Below, piece after piece: positions 47,075-58,519 of a DNA stretch of 64,000 nucleotides; the first letter of the stretch is position 1, and the number at the start of each line of letters is the position of its first letter. The notes beneath the pieces were generated by a model. That model was not told where the DNA came from, did no database searches, and was given only the letters and a program-made list of their open reading frames with translations. The position numbers and the translations under genes are program-made. Source of the stretch: a virus; the IMG/VR virus record IMGVR_UViG_3300045125_000085, positions 64,001-128,000 of that record; one strand, written 5' to 3'.

Positions 47075-47919
47075 TACACTCGTGACGAGGTAAAAGGCTC
47101 GACTGCCCCTATGTCCATGATCATGTCGATACCAGTGCTATTAAACTGCGTAGTATAAAAGTCCTGGATAAAGTGCGTCACCTGCACAGCTACTGCATCG
47201 GTATAATTGACCACCGTACCGTTAAAGTTACCGGGTACTGCTCTGTCGATACCGCTACAGACGGCTGGTTCACTGATGATCATACCGGCATTAGGGTCGT
47301 CATACAAGATAGCTGCTACATTAGTCGGTTCTTGCATATCGGGTTCAGTCATAGTGAAACGTACCTGAGCTGTCACTGATAGATAATCACCGGTAGTGCT
47401 CAGTACTCCAGTACTACTCAAAGCAGGAGCTGTAGGATTTAAATCCGCTACTGTCGGTGCGAACGGCATACTCGTCACTGCCCCACTACGTTCCGTCATA
47501 TAGGTCATTTGCGGTACGGTCTCATCCAGCTTAAGCATCTTCAGATAGTAAGCGATATAGGTCACACCGTGATGCGTCTCTAGTACTCTTAACCTATAGT
47601 TAATACGCTCGGCAGCCGTCAGGTCATTCTCAGGTGTACGCAGTATGAAAGGTACCTGGTGATATAAAGCAGCATGTCGTGGTAAGTGCGGTACTGCTAC
47701 GATCTGCGTGATACCGTCAGCGCCGACCTGCGCTTTATGACCGCCATTACCTATACCCATGTAGCTGACTTTAGGGGTCTCAGCTACACCTAAGATCACA
47801 CCGCGGTTGACATTATACTTTTCGTTTAAAGTGCTGTTCTCAGCTAATGCGACCGGCATGTTGAGAAACTGACACGATTGCAAATAAGCACCGTAGATAG
47901 TACGGACATTGTTCTTCAT
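47075..47919 (-). CDS. Virion structural protein
   Basis: VRTIYGAYLQ..NSTLNEK..YMGIGNGGH..ALYHQVPFILR..YIAYYLK, a pattern I associate with phiKZ-like baseplate/tail proteins. Confidence 0.65.
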
Positions 47920-47939
47920 AGCGTTTTACTCTGCTTTAA

Positions 47940-50096
47940 ATGGTAGAAGGATGACGGAGCCAAAAGTTTATTTGCTCTTTAGGTACCTGACTATTACGCA
48001 TATCGTCCAGATTCAAATGTAGATCGTAGGTAATAGCAGTACGTGTTGACGATTGATCGAGTACATAGCTTTGATAGTCTGCTCATTACTTAGCTGGACT
48101 TTAGCTAGCTTACGATTACGACTCAACGTCAGTGGTGGTAACTCATGCTTTAGACGTACGACTGCACTATTAAGACTACTGATAGTCAAAGGGTGAGTGC
48201 CATACTTTAATCCTAGCATGCTATCGATGTGCGTACTGATATCGCCTACACGTAAACTAGCCCATTCGAGCTAGGCGTACTGGTTTTTCATTGACCTGAG
48301 CGATCGTTTGGATGCTGTAGCTGAGTCAGTTGACTCATGACGGCTAGCATAGCACTGCTGGATATTAGCAGCTGATTTAGTCAGGATCGAAGCGATAGCC
48401 CGTACCTGCTGTAAACACAGTCTGAATTAATAGCTGTAGTTCAGTACTAGTATAGGTACTCTCAGGTAAATGCTGCGAGCGTAGCCATTCCTGATAGTCC
48501 ATGCCGAGTCTCAGGTAACTCTATTAAAGGATCGCAATGTAATTGCTCAAAGATCCTCGCATAGAAAGCTCGTAGCTGCTGATCCTCTATCCGTGATACA
48601 GTATACCAATACTGCTGCTCTAGCCCAAATGCCGCTACGCCCCATTGATAGAACGCAGTCTTAGCATATAAAGCTCCGTAGTCTAGGCACAGTACGCAGT
48701 ATAGTCCGTACTACATCCACATGTAATCGCTTACTATCTATGCCACTCATGACTTCCTCTAAGCTAGGACACGGCCATCTAAAGACATGGTTTAGCCTGT
48801 AGCTTAGGGATAGTGAGGCATAGGTGTGCCGTACTGCTGATAGGTCAGATAGACTAGATAGATGTACGCAGCCCGACTACTCAGACTACGCTGTTCGCCA
48901 GTGATAGGATCTCTAAAGTTGACGATCACCGGATAGCGGTCCTGGCTGATAAAATACAGCCAATGGTTTAATAACACATCAGTCAGCTTATACGGTACAG
49001 CATCAGTATAGTCTATCAGTGATGACTCTAAGTCTTTAGTCTGCACTACACCTGAGATAGACGTCTTAAATGCTAGATCTATCTCACTATATTCTTCTAC
49101 ACTGACGACGGCATTAGCGGGTGCTAGTTTAGCTTCACGCTTCAATATCTCCGCTAAAGTAAACGTATCTTTCCTAGGCATGTTATACATGCCATTGATA
49201 GAACGTTTCCTAAAATGGTAGTCAGGATATAAGCTTTGATCAAAAACAGTGAGCTGGTTCATGGTATAGTCGGCTATCGGAATATAGCGACGCGACAATA
49301 AATGCTCGATCAATTCTAGTAAAGTCGTCTGCTGACCTACATTATGCTTTAAGCTATCGACATTACGATACAGATACAGAGCTTGCTCTAGCGTATAGTA
49401 ATCCCAGTACTTATCTAAACGACCTCTACACGCTAAAAACTGTTTGATATGAAAGCTATGGGCTTCAGCTGTCTTACAGCGTTTTAGCCATAGATTCATG
49501 ATCGTAGGTACGAGCTGTGAGACCATACTCGCCCACTGACTCGCTGCGTACAGCGTATCTGAATGGATGAAAGCGCGTACATGCCACCTAGCAAAAATAG
49601 CGCTGGATCCATCCCTCTAGCTCGTGTACTAATGTCGCTTCTTGTGGCTCTATTAGCTCACTCGGATAGCTCAAAATAGCGCCATTCTTCGCATTGACGG
49701 CATAATGTAAATCGGCGGGGTACAGGATGCCCAGGATCAGATTTTCTTGATCTGGATATGCCTGCACCAACGCCTGGTAATATCAGAACTGCCGTACTGA
49801 TATGCGATAGCTGTAGCCGTATGACTACTCAGATTCTCCTTAGTAAAGCCTATGGTCTCTAGCGTATCTAAGCTAGTCACCACCATAGCACTATCGAGCG
49901 AATGGTATTCACCAGCTAGGTTTAAGTAATACTTCCAGCTGTAAGGATTATTGTTATCGACATAGCTAGCGCCATACTGCTCCATGATGCCGGTATTCAT
50001 TAAGGTCGCGGCATCTTCAGACTTAATGATTAAAGTCTTGGCTAAGAGTAGCGTCATATCTAAATAGATACGGTACTCGTCTAATGGGGTGGCCAT
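47940..50096 (-). CDS. Large virion structural (baseplate-like) protein, frameshifted
   Basis: WKYYLNLAGEYH..VTSLDT, LILGILYP, AEAHSFHIKQFL; pieces 49737, 49588, 48804, 48013; divergent from the portal. Confidence 0.65.
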
Positions 50097-50146
50097 ACTC
50101 AGTTTACCCTTGTTTCTACTATACTTTAAATAGGATACATTGCACC

Positions 50147-52912
50147 ATGAAAAAACCTAATGATACCCCGCACAGCAATCAGCGCGGGTCTACTGTACGT
50201 CAGCTCATAGATCTCGTCAATAGCCGTAAGTCATATCCCGCTTTACGAGTCATAGGCGATGCCCCTGAGATGGCAGCACTCGTATCGAAACTAGTCCGCA
50301 CCCCGCTCCAGCATCGGACTAGTCCTGAACTAGGTCCGACGGGGCGGGGGTTGACACAGACCCGTATGCAGCAGATTTCTCAAGGCGTCAAAGAGCGCAT
50401 TGGGGATGCAGAAAACATGATGCAACTGTTTCCGGATTTGGAACTTTCGGCCCAAATCCTGGTCAGCTCAGTGCTTTCTCCAAAGGATATGGTGAACTAC
50501 GACCTTATTTTCTCGAACCAAGATGCTCGATTTCCAGCTGAATTAAGTATGAAAATGCTAGATGCTATCAAGGAAGATTTGGATAAGGAATACGACCTCA
50601 AAGCTCAGCTTCCACTTATTTTAAGACAAGTCTTATTCGAGACTGGTAGCTATGTCAGAGCCGTCATCCCTGAGTCTGCAGTCGATGATCTTATCAATAG
50701 AGGTAAGCTCGTCGGTATGGAACATCTATCAGAACTCTTCGATAAGCAAGAACAACCTAAGTCACTCGGTATCCTCGGTAGACCTAAGATCGCTACAGCT
50801 AAGACGGCGCCGCGTACTGCATTAGAGTCCTTTAAGTTTCAGCGTATCCCTTACCAGACGTACGATGCTACTAATGTAGCAGTAGAGTCACCGCAGTCTA
50901 GCTACTTACCTGAAGTCACTGATAACTTCACTGCTACTGAAGCTACCGCGTATCCAGCAGGCTAATAACCGTGCTAAGATCCGTGGTGTCATCAATGGCC
51001 TTAAGCAATCTGCCTTTAGACCTGCTACTGAAGCTACTGCTAATAAAGGTAGTAAGACAGTACTCAATCATCAAGAGCTAGAAGCATTAGTCTATAAAGG
51101 TCATGCGACTAAAGCCGTACCTTTCGTCTCTATCCCTAATGCTACTCAGACGAGTCGTAAATCCGTAGGTAAGCCACTCGTCATGAAGCTCCCTTCTGAA
51201 TCTATCATACCGGTACACGTACCAGGTGATGAGCGTGATCATATCGGCTACTTCGTACTCATAGATGAGGACGGCAATCCAGTCACCCGTCATAGTCAAG
51301 CTGCTTATACTGATACACTCAACACCCAGCTGAGTAATCCGAGTCACTCCATGACCAGCTTCCTCTTAGAGAAAGCTAGGCATAACCTCAGTAATGACTT
51401 TAGGAATAACCTCACTCTCGATCAAGCCGCTAAGATCTATACCGATCTCGTCGAAAACGATCTAATCGAGCGACTCCGTAACGGTATCTATGGTAGTAAC
51501 TTCGCACTCGCACGTACTAATGAAGTCTATCGCGTCATGCTAGCTCGTACTTTCATGAACCAATATACGCGACTCGTCTATATCCCAGCTGAACTCGTCA
51601 CGTATTTTGCTCATGATTACCATGCGAACGGTATCGGTAAGTCATTACTCGATGATCTGAATATGCTCATCAGTCTCAGAGGTATCTTACTCTTCGCCCA
51701 AGTCATGGCTTTGACTAAATCAGCCATAGCTCTGACTCATGTCAATATGACATTAGATCCTAATGACGCTGATCCACAAAAGACGATCGAGATGGCGGTA
51801 CATGACATCATTAGATGCGTCAGCAGTACTTCCATTAGGTGTCAATACGCCTATCGATCTAGTCGATTGGGTGCAACGTGCAGGCTTTGAGTTTACCTTT
51901 GAAGGCCATCCGGGTTTACCACAAACCAAGTTTGACTTTGAGACTAAGAACCTCCAGCATACTGTACCAGATACAGACTTTATGGAGCAGCTACGTAAGC
52001 AGACCATCATGGCACATAGCCTGTCACCAGAAGTCGTAGACTCAGGATTTAGTGCTGAGTTCGCTACGACTGTCGTAGCGAATAACATCCTGCTATCTAA
52101 GCGCGTCCTGCAGATCCAGGAGAAGTTTACCCCACAGCTGACGGATTTCGCCCGTAAGCTGCTCCAGCATGATGAGGAATCTACGTAGTAAGCTCCTAGC
52201 GATCATAGACGAGCATAAAGGACTACTCGGTGCCCATATACCGGATGATGAGAAAACACGCCTTACAGAGCATCCTGGAGGCGTATTTCTCGTCGAACTC
52301 CTTAACGGCTTTATTGAATCCCTAGCGATAGACCTACCACGTCCCGATATCACTACGCTAGAGAACCAATCACAAGCCTTCCAACACTACTCAGAAAGCT
52401 TAGATGCCGCACTAGAAGCTTGGATCAATAGTGACATTTTAAACGATGTGACTTCAGGTGAACTAGGCAGTCATACCGACATGCTCAAAGCTACGTATAA
52501 GTCATACTTCTTACGTAAGTGGATGGCTGAGAACGGCTATATGACTGAGCTGACTGATATAGTAATGGCTGATGAGGATGGCAACGCCATGATCGACTTA
52601 GCAGCTATTATGAAAGACCATATCGAAGGACTGACTCGCTCAGGTGTAGAGTATATCGCTGCTTTGAAACCAATGATAGATGCAGCTAATATGGACTTAA
52701 ATAACCTGAACGTAGAGGAAGGTAGCTCTAGTCCTAGTGATAGTGGTAGCAGTGATGATAGCGGCGGTGGTGATGATGGTGGCTTTGATTTCGGCGGAGG
52801 GGACGACATGGGGGGTGATGAAGCAGGTGGTGAAGAGGCTGGTGGCGATACTGGCGGAGAAGAAAAGGGTGCAGGCGATGATGGTGGTTTAAGGTTTTTA
52901 AGCTACGCTTAA
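50147..52912 (+). CDS. Probable portal protein (phiKZ gp129-like), frameshifted
   Basis: ~920 aa when joined; MMQLFPDLELSAQILVSSVLSPKDM, KLPSESIIPVHVPG..HIGYFVLIDEDG, GIGKSLLD, LSPEVVD; acidic Gly-rich C-tail as in T4 gp20-type portals; cluster of A-X-E protease motifs. Confidence 0.7.
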
Positions 52913-52957
52913 GTGTTAAGCTACGCTTAAGTGTTAAGCAATAAAAGGTACTAAGTA

Positions 52958-53086
52958 ATGAAAGACAATGATAAATGGCATGGCTTAAATAGTGGACTCT
53001 TCGCTATCACCTTTGGCTTTGGCGTCATGCTGATGGCCGATGCTCTCTGGAGTTTGTTTAAAATGGTCTATGAGCATGTGAAGTAA
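52958..53086 (+). CDS. 42-aa single-TM small protein (below ORF-track cutoff)
   Basis: AAGGT RBS-like; MKDNDKWHGLNSGLFAITFGFGVMLMADALWSLFKMVYEHVK*; stop just before a terminator. Confidence 0.5.
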   Translation: MKDNDKWHGLNSGLFAITFGFGVMLMADALWSLFKMVYEHVK

Positions 53087-53097
53087 AAAAAAGAGTG

Positions 53098-53142
53098 AGC
53101 ATATAGCCCAGAAGAGCCATAGTGCTCTCTGGGCTATATGTC
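53098..53142. repeat. Terminator hairpin, left copy of ~45-bp direct repeat
   Basis: AGCATATAGCCCAGA-agagcca-TAGTGCTCTCTGGGCTATATGTC. Confidence 0.9.
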
Positions 53143-53147
53143 GATCT

Positions 53148-53481
53148 TTACCAGTAGCTCTCTGAGCTGGCTGGTATCGACATGGCTTCAATGCGGGCGT
53201 CCTCCAGTCCTTTATAGACGCATAATACACCTTCCCAGTTGATTCTTTTGAAAGGGCTTCGAAAGACGATGTTGCCATCGTCTCTGACTTCTATGACAGC
53301 CTCACCATCCTCGCGTTTCTCCACGATGACTTCTACGCCATCCTTGGCATAGACGACGCGAGTAGGAATTACAGCATTGCCAGACGCCAGCCGAGCTAAC
53401 TCAACGATGGTAGTTTTGGGAACAGCCATAATGTTCCAGTCGTCCAAAAAGAGATCAGTGGTCAATGTCACTTTTGCTCAT
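53148..53481 (-). CDS. Hypothetical accessory (early) protein
   Basis: GGAGGTG RBS, ATG 53481; joins the 107-aa ORF after one indel. Confidence 0.6.
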
Positions 53482-53608
53482 GATACACCTCCAAAGATGT
53501 TACATTACTCTAACAACCGAGCAGATTGTTAGAGCAGAAAGGAGGTTTATGATCTCAGCAGTAGGCTAAGATCATTCTAAGTATATGGGACTGTAAAAAC
53601 TGCACTAT
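53482..53608 (-). promoter_or_regulatory. Early-type promoter plus three-hairpin 5' leader (copy 2)
   Basis: GTGCAG-N9-TCCCATATACTTAGAATG; hairpins ATGATCTTAGC/GCTGAGATCAT, CTCTAACAA-TCTGCTCGG-TTGTTAGAG and ACATC-TTTGGA-GGTGT. Confidence 0.78.
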
Positions 53609-53614
53609 AAAGAA

Positions 53615-53668
53615 AGCAAAAAAGAAGAGTGGTATAGAGGAGCCCGTAGGCCCCTCAGTGCTACTCTT
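53615..53668 (-). terminator. Terminator of accessory gene; core 21/22 identical to 16967-16988
   Basis: TAGAGGAGCCCGTAGGCCCCTC at 53635-53656 with an adjacent A run. Confidence 0.7.
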
Positions 53669-53729
53669 TCCTATCAAAAGAAAGCGATGCTCCTAGCGTC
53701 GCTTTCACTGAGCCTCCGGCCTTCTTTCT

Positions 53730-54397
53730 ATTAAGCTCCTTCTTACTTCATTCTTCCTTGAAGTGATTTCGCCTTCCGTGGCGTTATATGCGGTTAGCTC
53801 ATCCATGATCTTCCACATCCTTAAATAACTCTACACCCAAGGCGTAGAGCTCTGGATCACCTTCCTTGGTGATCAGCACTTCCCATGCACCACCCGTCCA
53901 ACCTCCTTGGTCGGACGAACTGTAGAGTGGCGCCATTCCTTTCAATGGCGCCACCGTATTCATACGACGCTTCCACGTCGTAACGAAGTCTGCCAAACTT
54001 CCTTGTTTTTGGTCCACAGAGAATTCCTTTTCTTTTCAGCGATCCTTGCTTCTTCTTCGCTCATCCTTGCGAATATTTTCATCCTTCATCCTGAACGCTT
54101 GCTCCTCGTCCTTGAAGGGTTTTAACGCTTCCTTGCATAATTCCCTGAAATCCTTTTCAAGAATATCCTTGGCCTCCCTGGCCTTTTTCTTCTCCATGAA
54201 TTCCTTTTCCTCTTGCTCCCTCATCGGGAGCGTTACTAAAAGACATCCCTTTCTATTTCACGTCCTTGTTTAAGTGAATAAACCACCCCTTCCATAGGGG
54301 TTTTTCCTCTGTCAAGGACATACATGGTTTCCCATGTATGTCCGGCCACCCAAGCCTTCTTCCGAGAAAGAAAGCTAAAAGACTTCTGAATGCTCAT
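53730..54397 (-). CDS. Hypothetical charged accessory (early) protein, frameshifted
   Basis: AGGAGGTG RBS, ATG 54397 (MSIQKSFSFLSRKKAWVAGHTW...); joins 54036.. and 53799.. Confidence 0.55.
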
Positions 54398-54516
54398 AAT
54401 ACACCTCCTTGGGTGTTGGCTCTAAGCCCGAGCAGACCTAGAGTATTGATGGATAGCCTGCTTATGCAGGCTTTGGTTCATGCTTACTATGTGGGATTAT
54501 AGCTTTTTGCATTTCA
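54398..54516 (-). promoter_or_regulatory. Early-type promoter plus three-hairpin 5' leader (copy 3)
   Basis: ATGCA-N11-TCCCACATAGTAAGCATG; hairpins AGCCTGC/GCAGGCT, CTCTAGG-TCTGCTCGGG-CTTAGAG and ACACC-CAAGGA-GGTGT. Confidence 0.72.
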
Positions 54517-54530
54517 AAAAGAAAAGTAGA

Positions 54531-54574
54531 AGCATATAGCCCAGATAGCTTTAGTGCTCTCTGGGCTATATGTC
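54531..54574. repeat. Terminator hairpin, right copy of ~45-bp direct repeat
   Basis: AGCATATAGCCCAGA-tagctt-TAGTGCTCTCTGGGCTATATGTC. Confidence 0.9.
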
Positions 54575-54579
54575 AGCTT

Positions 54580-56814
54580 AATTTACTATTCGTCATCGCA
54601 CATAGTACACCTCGGTATAAAGGCGCCAGTAGAGCGATTAGGCTCTACTGGCGCTATGCTGATTAGTTTAGCGACTGATGAGATAGCTACCACTCATGAG
54701 GTAGCCTTTATGCAGTCTATAGATCTGATCATCTCTAGTAATGATCAGATTATTCACTGACATATAGGGCCAGGCTTCCATTTGGGTGAACAAGCTACTA
54801 GCTAACTCATACAGCATCGGTGTTTGCCGCTCATCTATCCTCAGTGGCTCCATATCACCGATCTCTATCGCTAACTCACTGCCGAGTATATCGACATAAG
54901 TCAAGCTATAGTTGATAGGAATAAATGACATATTAGCACTACCATGCATCTCGTCATCACTATCGCTCTCATCATCCTTAATATCAAAGCTTTCCTGATA
55001 TCAGCTCGTACGACTTTATCTAGCGGACTGATCATGCGGTTCCCGAGCATTTCCATCTCGAACCTATCGTAAGCAGCTGAGTAATTACCATCATAGTTCT
55101 CACGCAGGTAATCTTTCAGGCTATCGATATCGCTAGTAAAGCTATCGATACTGATACGTCCCAGCGACAAGTTATACGTCAGAAACTGGTTAATGACGCT
55201 AGTCAGCCAGCTATCGATCTCGTTACAATAGAGTACGAGATCAGTCGCATCTTCGCCATCGGTGTCTTTCTGACTGCTGCAGGCTGTACCGATGCTCCTG
55301 AGCTTCTTAGCCATGTCGGTAAATCTACGCATGCTAAAGATCTGATCGTAGACGTTATCATAGCTCTCATCCGTCACGATAGGTTTAGCTATCAGTGACG
55401 AAGCTACGATACAGACCACAAGCTCCTTTGACACGCTGCTGTCTACGGCACTCCAGCTTGACTCTAAAGATAGCATCTTCCAGGAATGAGCCTACGCTCC
55501 ACTTCTTATCAATGTAGGTATTGATGAGGTCGAGGTTTTCGGCTTCGGGTTCAGTACCATCTACCGATATAGCGGCTTCGAGGTTCTCCCTACTGATAGC
55601 AGCCATATCTCGACTGGCATTAGTGATCTGCTCATTACGCAGTACGCCATCCAGCGTGTAAGAGTGATCCAAGAAAGTGATAGCGTGTATAGTTACGGTT
55701 CATCTGTGATTTCTCCAATGGTTTAACGACCTCGTAGACGCGATCGTTTCTTTTCTGATAGTAGACGTCGAACGCCGATTTATCGATCAACGTCCGGTAG
55801 GGTTGGCTGCTGCTAGGGATCCAGTCAGCTGCAGTGAGCGCCATTTCTAGCTGAGTGCTGTCCATAATAGGCTCCATGTCAGGGACTACACTAGGTGCAG
55901 CATCGGACGACATATAGCGCGTATAGCTATTTTCATAATAGCTCGACGCCTGTAGTCCATTACCACCAGGTCTTCCCTAGAGTAGCCGGTCCTGTGGGTG
56001 GGGTCGGTGGTGGTGTAGGCTGCCCATACTGAGCAGGTGGTGGCGGTGCCGCGTTCTGACTAGTGTACTTATTGACGGCACCTTGCGTCTGCGAATAAGG
56101 AGGAGGGTAGCCCATCCCCATCCCCATCGGCGACTGCATCGGTCGTCCCAGAGTAGCACCACCAGGATACTGCGGTGCTCCCATACTCGGCTGCCCGTAC
56201 GGCTGTGACCCGTACGGCTGCTGATATCCTTGTTGAGGCGAGTACCCATGTTGAGGATACTGCGGCTGGTACTGTGGAGGATATCCCGGTGACTGAGCAG
56301 GGTACTGTGGCTGATACTGAGGAGGAGCGAATCCTCCCATCCCCATCTGCGCCTTCAGATTAGCGATCTCTTGCCGTCTCGCATTTAAGAAGGCTAAGTT
56401 CTCCATCGTGCCATTGATCAGCTGCGGCGTCACCATGCCTTTCAGATCAGGAAACTGATGTAGCTTCTCCGAGATCCAAAGTACATAAGTGTTGCTAGCT
56501 ACTTCAGCCAGTATCTGACGCGGATCCTGCGCCATGCCTTTACGTAGATCGACTGCGATACTAAACGCAGCAGTCGAGACTACATCAGCAAAATCAGCAT
56601 TCTGCCAATTGTTAGCAGCCAACAAGTTGAAGCAGAACATCCTTAACGGTGACTGACCTGAACGAGCCGATGCTTCGTTCGCAATTACCGTAGCAATGTC
56701 TGCTAGAAATGGATAGACCTCAGGTGGGACTTGCACCTGAGGGATAGTGGGAGGCGATCCAGGTGGGTACTGGACCGCTTGATGCTCGTAGGCATCGGCT
56801 CTGTGAGGCAGCAT
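54580..56814 (-). CDS. Conserved large hypothetical protein with P/Q/Y/G low-complexity region, frameshifted
   Basis: AGGAG RBS, ATG 56814; pieces 55960, 55635, 55385, 54901, 54668; directly downstream of nvRNAP beta. Confidence 0.65.
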
Positions 56815-56829
56815 AGATTATACTCCTAT

Positions 56830-58456
56830 TTGATGCCCTTTAACATACCTTCCGTATGCTCCACAAAGACTGGAACTTCGGATTACCGACGATCTCGCCG
56901 TTCGCTAAGTTCACGTGCATGTACGGATTCGCACGGATCATAGGTGTCGGATTGCTCTTGGGTAAGAACAATATCGAACCAGCTTCGATCATGCTGCTAT
57001 GCAGTCGTTTACTAGCGTCTACCGTAGTACGAGTACGGCGACCACGTCTAGCTCCGACTACACTCTGCTGCTGCCCGATGACGCTCGTTAGTTTGAAGTA
57101 CTTATTATCACCCGAATAGCTGACGCTACCCGCAGCGATATTAGCTCTCGTCAAACCAAAGATACTACCAGGCTTCAGCAGCTTATTAAACACACCCATG
57201 ACATCATCCGCTGTTAGCGTCATACCTTTCTCTTGCTTCTTAGTATTTTGCTTAGCTAGTTGAAAAAGCTGTCTTAAATATACTAGTCTTAATATCGAAC
57301 AGAGCATAGTACAAGACTTCTAAGTTCTTACCGTAGACGGACTGGGTGACGTCCGATGAAGCTAATGTCCATTGGTTAAACTCCTTTAAGATGTAAGCCA
57401 TCAGCTCGTAAAAGTCTGAGACTTCACAGCCGATTTCAGCGAGCTTTCTAGCGATGATGGGGTCGACATACTCATTTAAACTACCGAAGTGCTCTTGGAT
57501 CTTCGTGTAGTTGACACCCATGCGGCTATTACCGAGAAGATGACTTCACCTAGCAGTATGATCCATAGCCTAGCATCCGTAATCGTCTCGATCGCTATAC
57601 GCTGAGGAAAGTGATCGATGACGTAGAAAGCAACCTGCCATCAATGCCTGCGTCATCGCATTCCAATCTGACTTAGGCACCGCTACGAATAACTTGCTAG
57701 GGAAGTATATGGGATCCATATACGTCTTGGGTTTAATCTGCAAAGACGTACAGACGACCCAATCGCTCGCTGGATAATCGCGCTCCGTATGCTCACCATA
57801 CTCTCCGACTATAGGTGTCGTATTAGCGAACTTCTGGAAATGTCTCCATAAAGCCATACCGAGCAAACAAGTAATGCGCTACACAACTCTTCGCTTTAGT
57901 CGTAGGCGGTACTTTCTTCATTTCGGTGCTCTTTCTGAAGATTTCGCTCCAGACTACATACGTCTGCTCTCTACCTTGATTCGTTACGAACGAGACAGGC
58001 AAGCGATAGAAGTTGACCTTATCGCGTTCGAGCCGTACGAATACGGATTGTCCTGTCGCCGATACACACTTATCCGTCAGTACGGGATGGATGTGATAGC
58101 AGGTGCCGCCTAGATGAATGATCCCCGCATCATCTACGAACGGCAAATACAAATACCTATCGAACTTACGGCCTTGATACTGGAACCAGAAGCGGACTTG
58201 ATAGATGTCGCTCCTAGCTAGATTAAGGATACGTCTGCCATTCCTGGCTTTTGTGACTTCTTCAAACTCTTCCTTAGGTGTACAGCGTTGATATCCTAGA
58301 TACTCTAGCTCAGGTACTGAGCGTATCGCACCACCTAAATAGCTCGTCGATATATCGCTCTGCTAGAGGGATATACGTAGTAGCTAGTCCGTCACACACT
58401 GCCCGGTTCGGATACGGGACGTGCTTGTCTATCAGCTCCCTAAATGCTTTCTCCAT
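56830..58456 (-). CDS. Non-virion RNA polymerase beta N-part subunit (phiKZ gp123-like), frameshifted
   Basis: AGGAG RBS, ATG 58456; RCTPKEEF..LARSDIYQV..YLYLPFVDDAGIIHLGGTCYHIHPVLTD, SYSGDNK, LHSSMIEAGS..LPKSNP...ANPY. Confidence 0.78.
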
Positions 58457-58519
58457 CTTAGACTCCTATTGTAGTTAGTTTATGGATATCCTAGCCTTTT
58501 AAGGCCAGGACATCCTATA

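Noticed and set aside
46873-47919. Fusion of a structural protein to RuvC in the 348-aa ORF
   Set aside because: The RuvC GIDPG start is joined to the upstream protein while the rest of RuvC lies in other frames; most likely an indel artefact
52898-52939. 18-bp tandem repeat TTAAGCTACGCTTAAGTG (x2.3) at the portal stop
   Set aside because: Too short and isolated to support a function; could be local slippage or an assembly artefact
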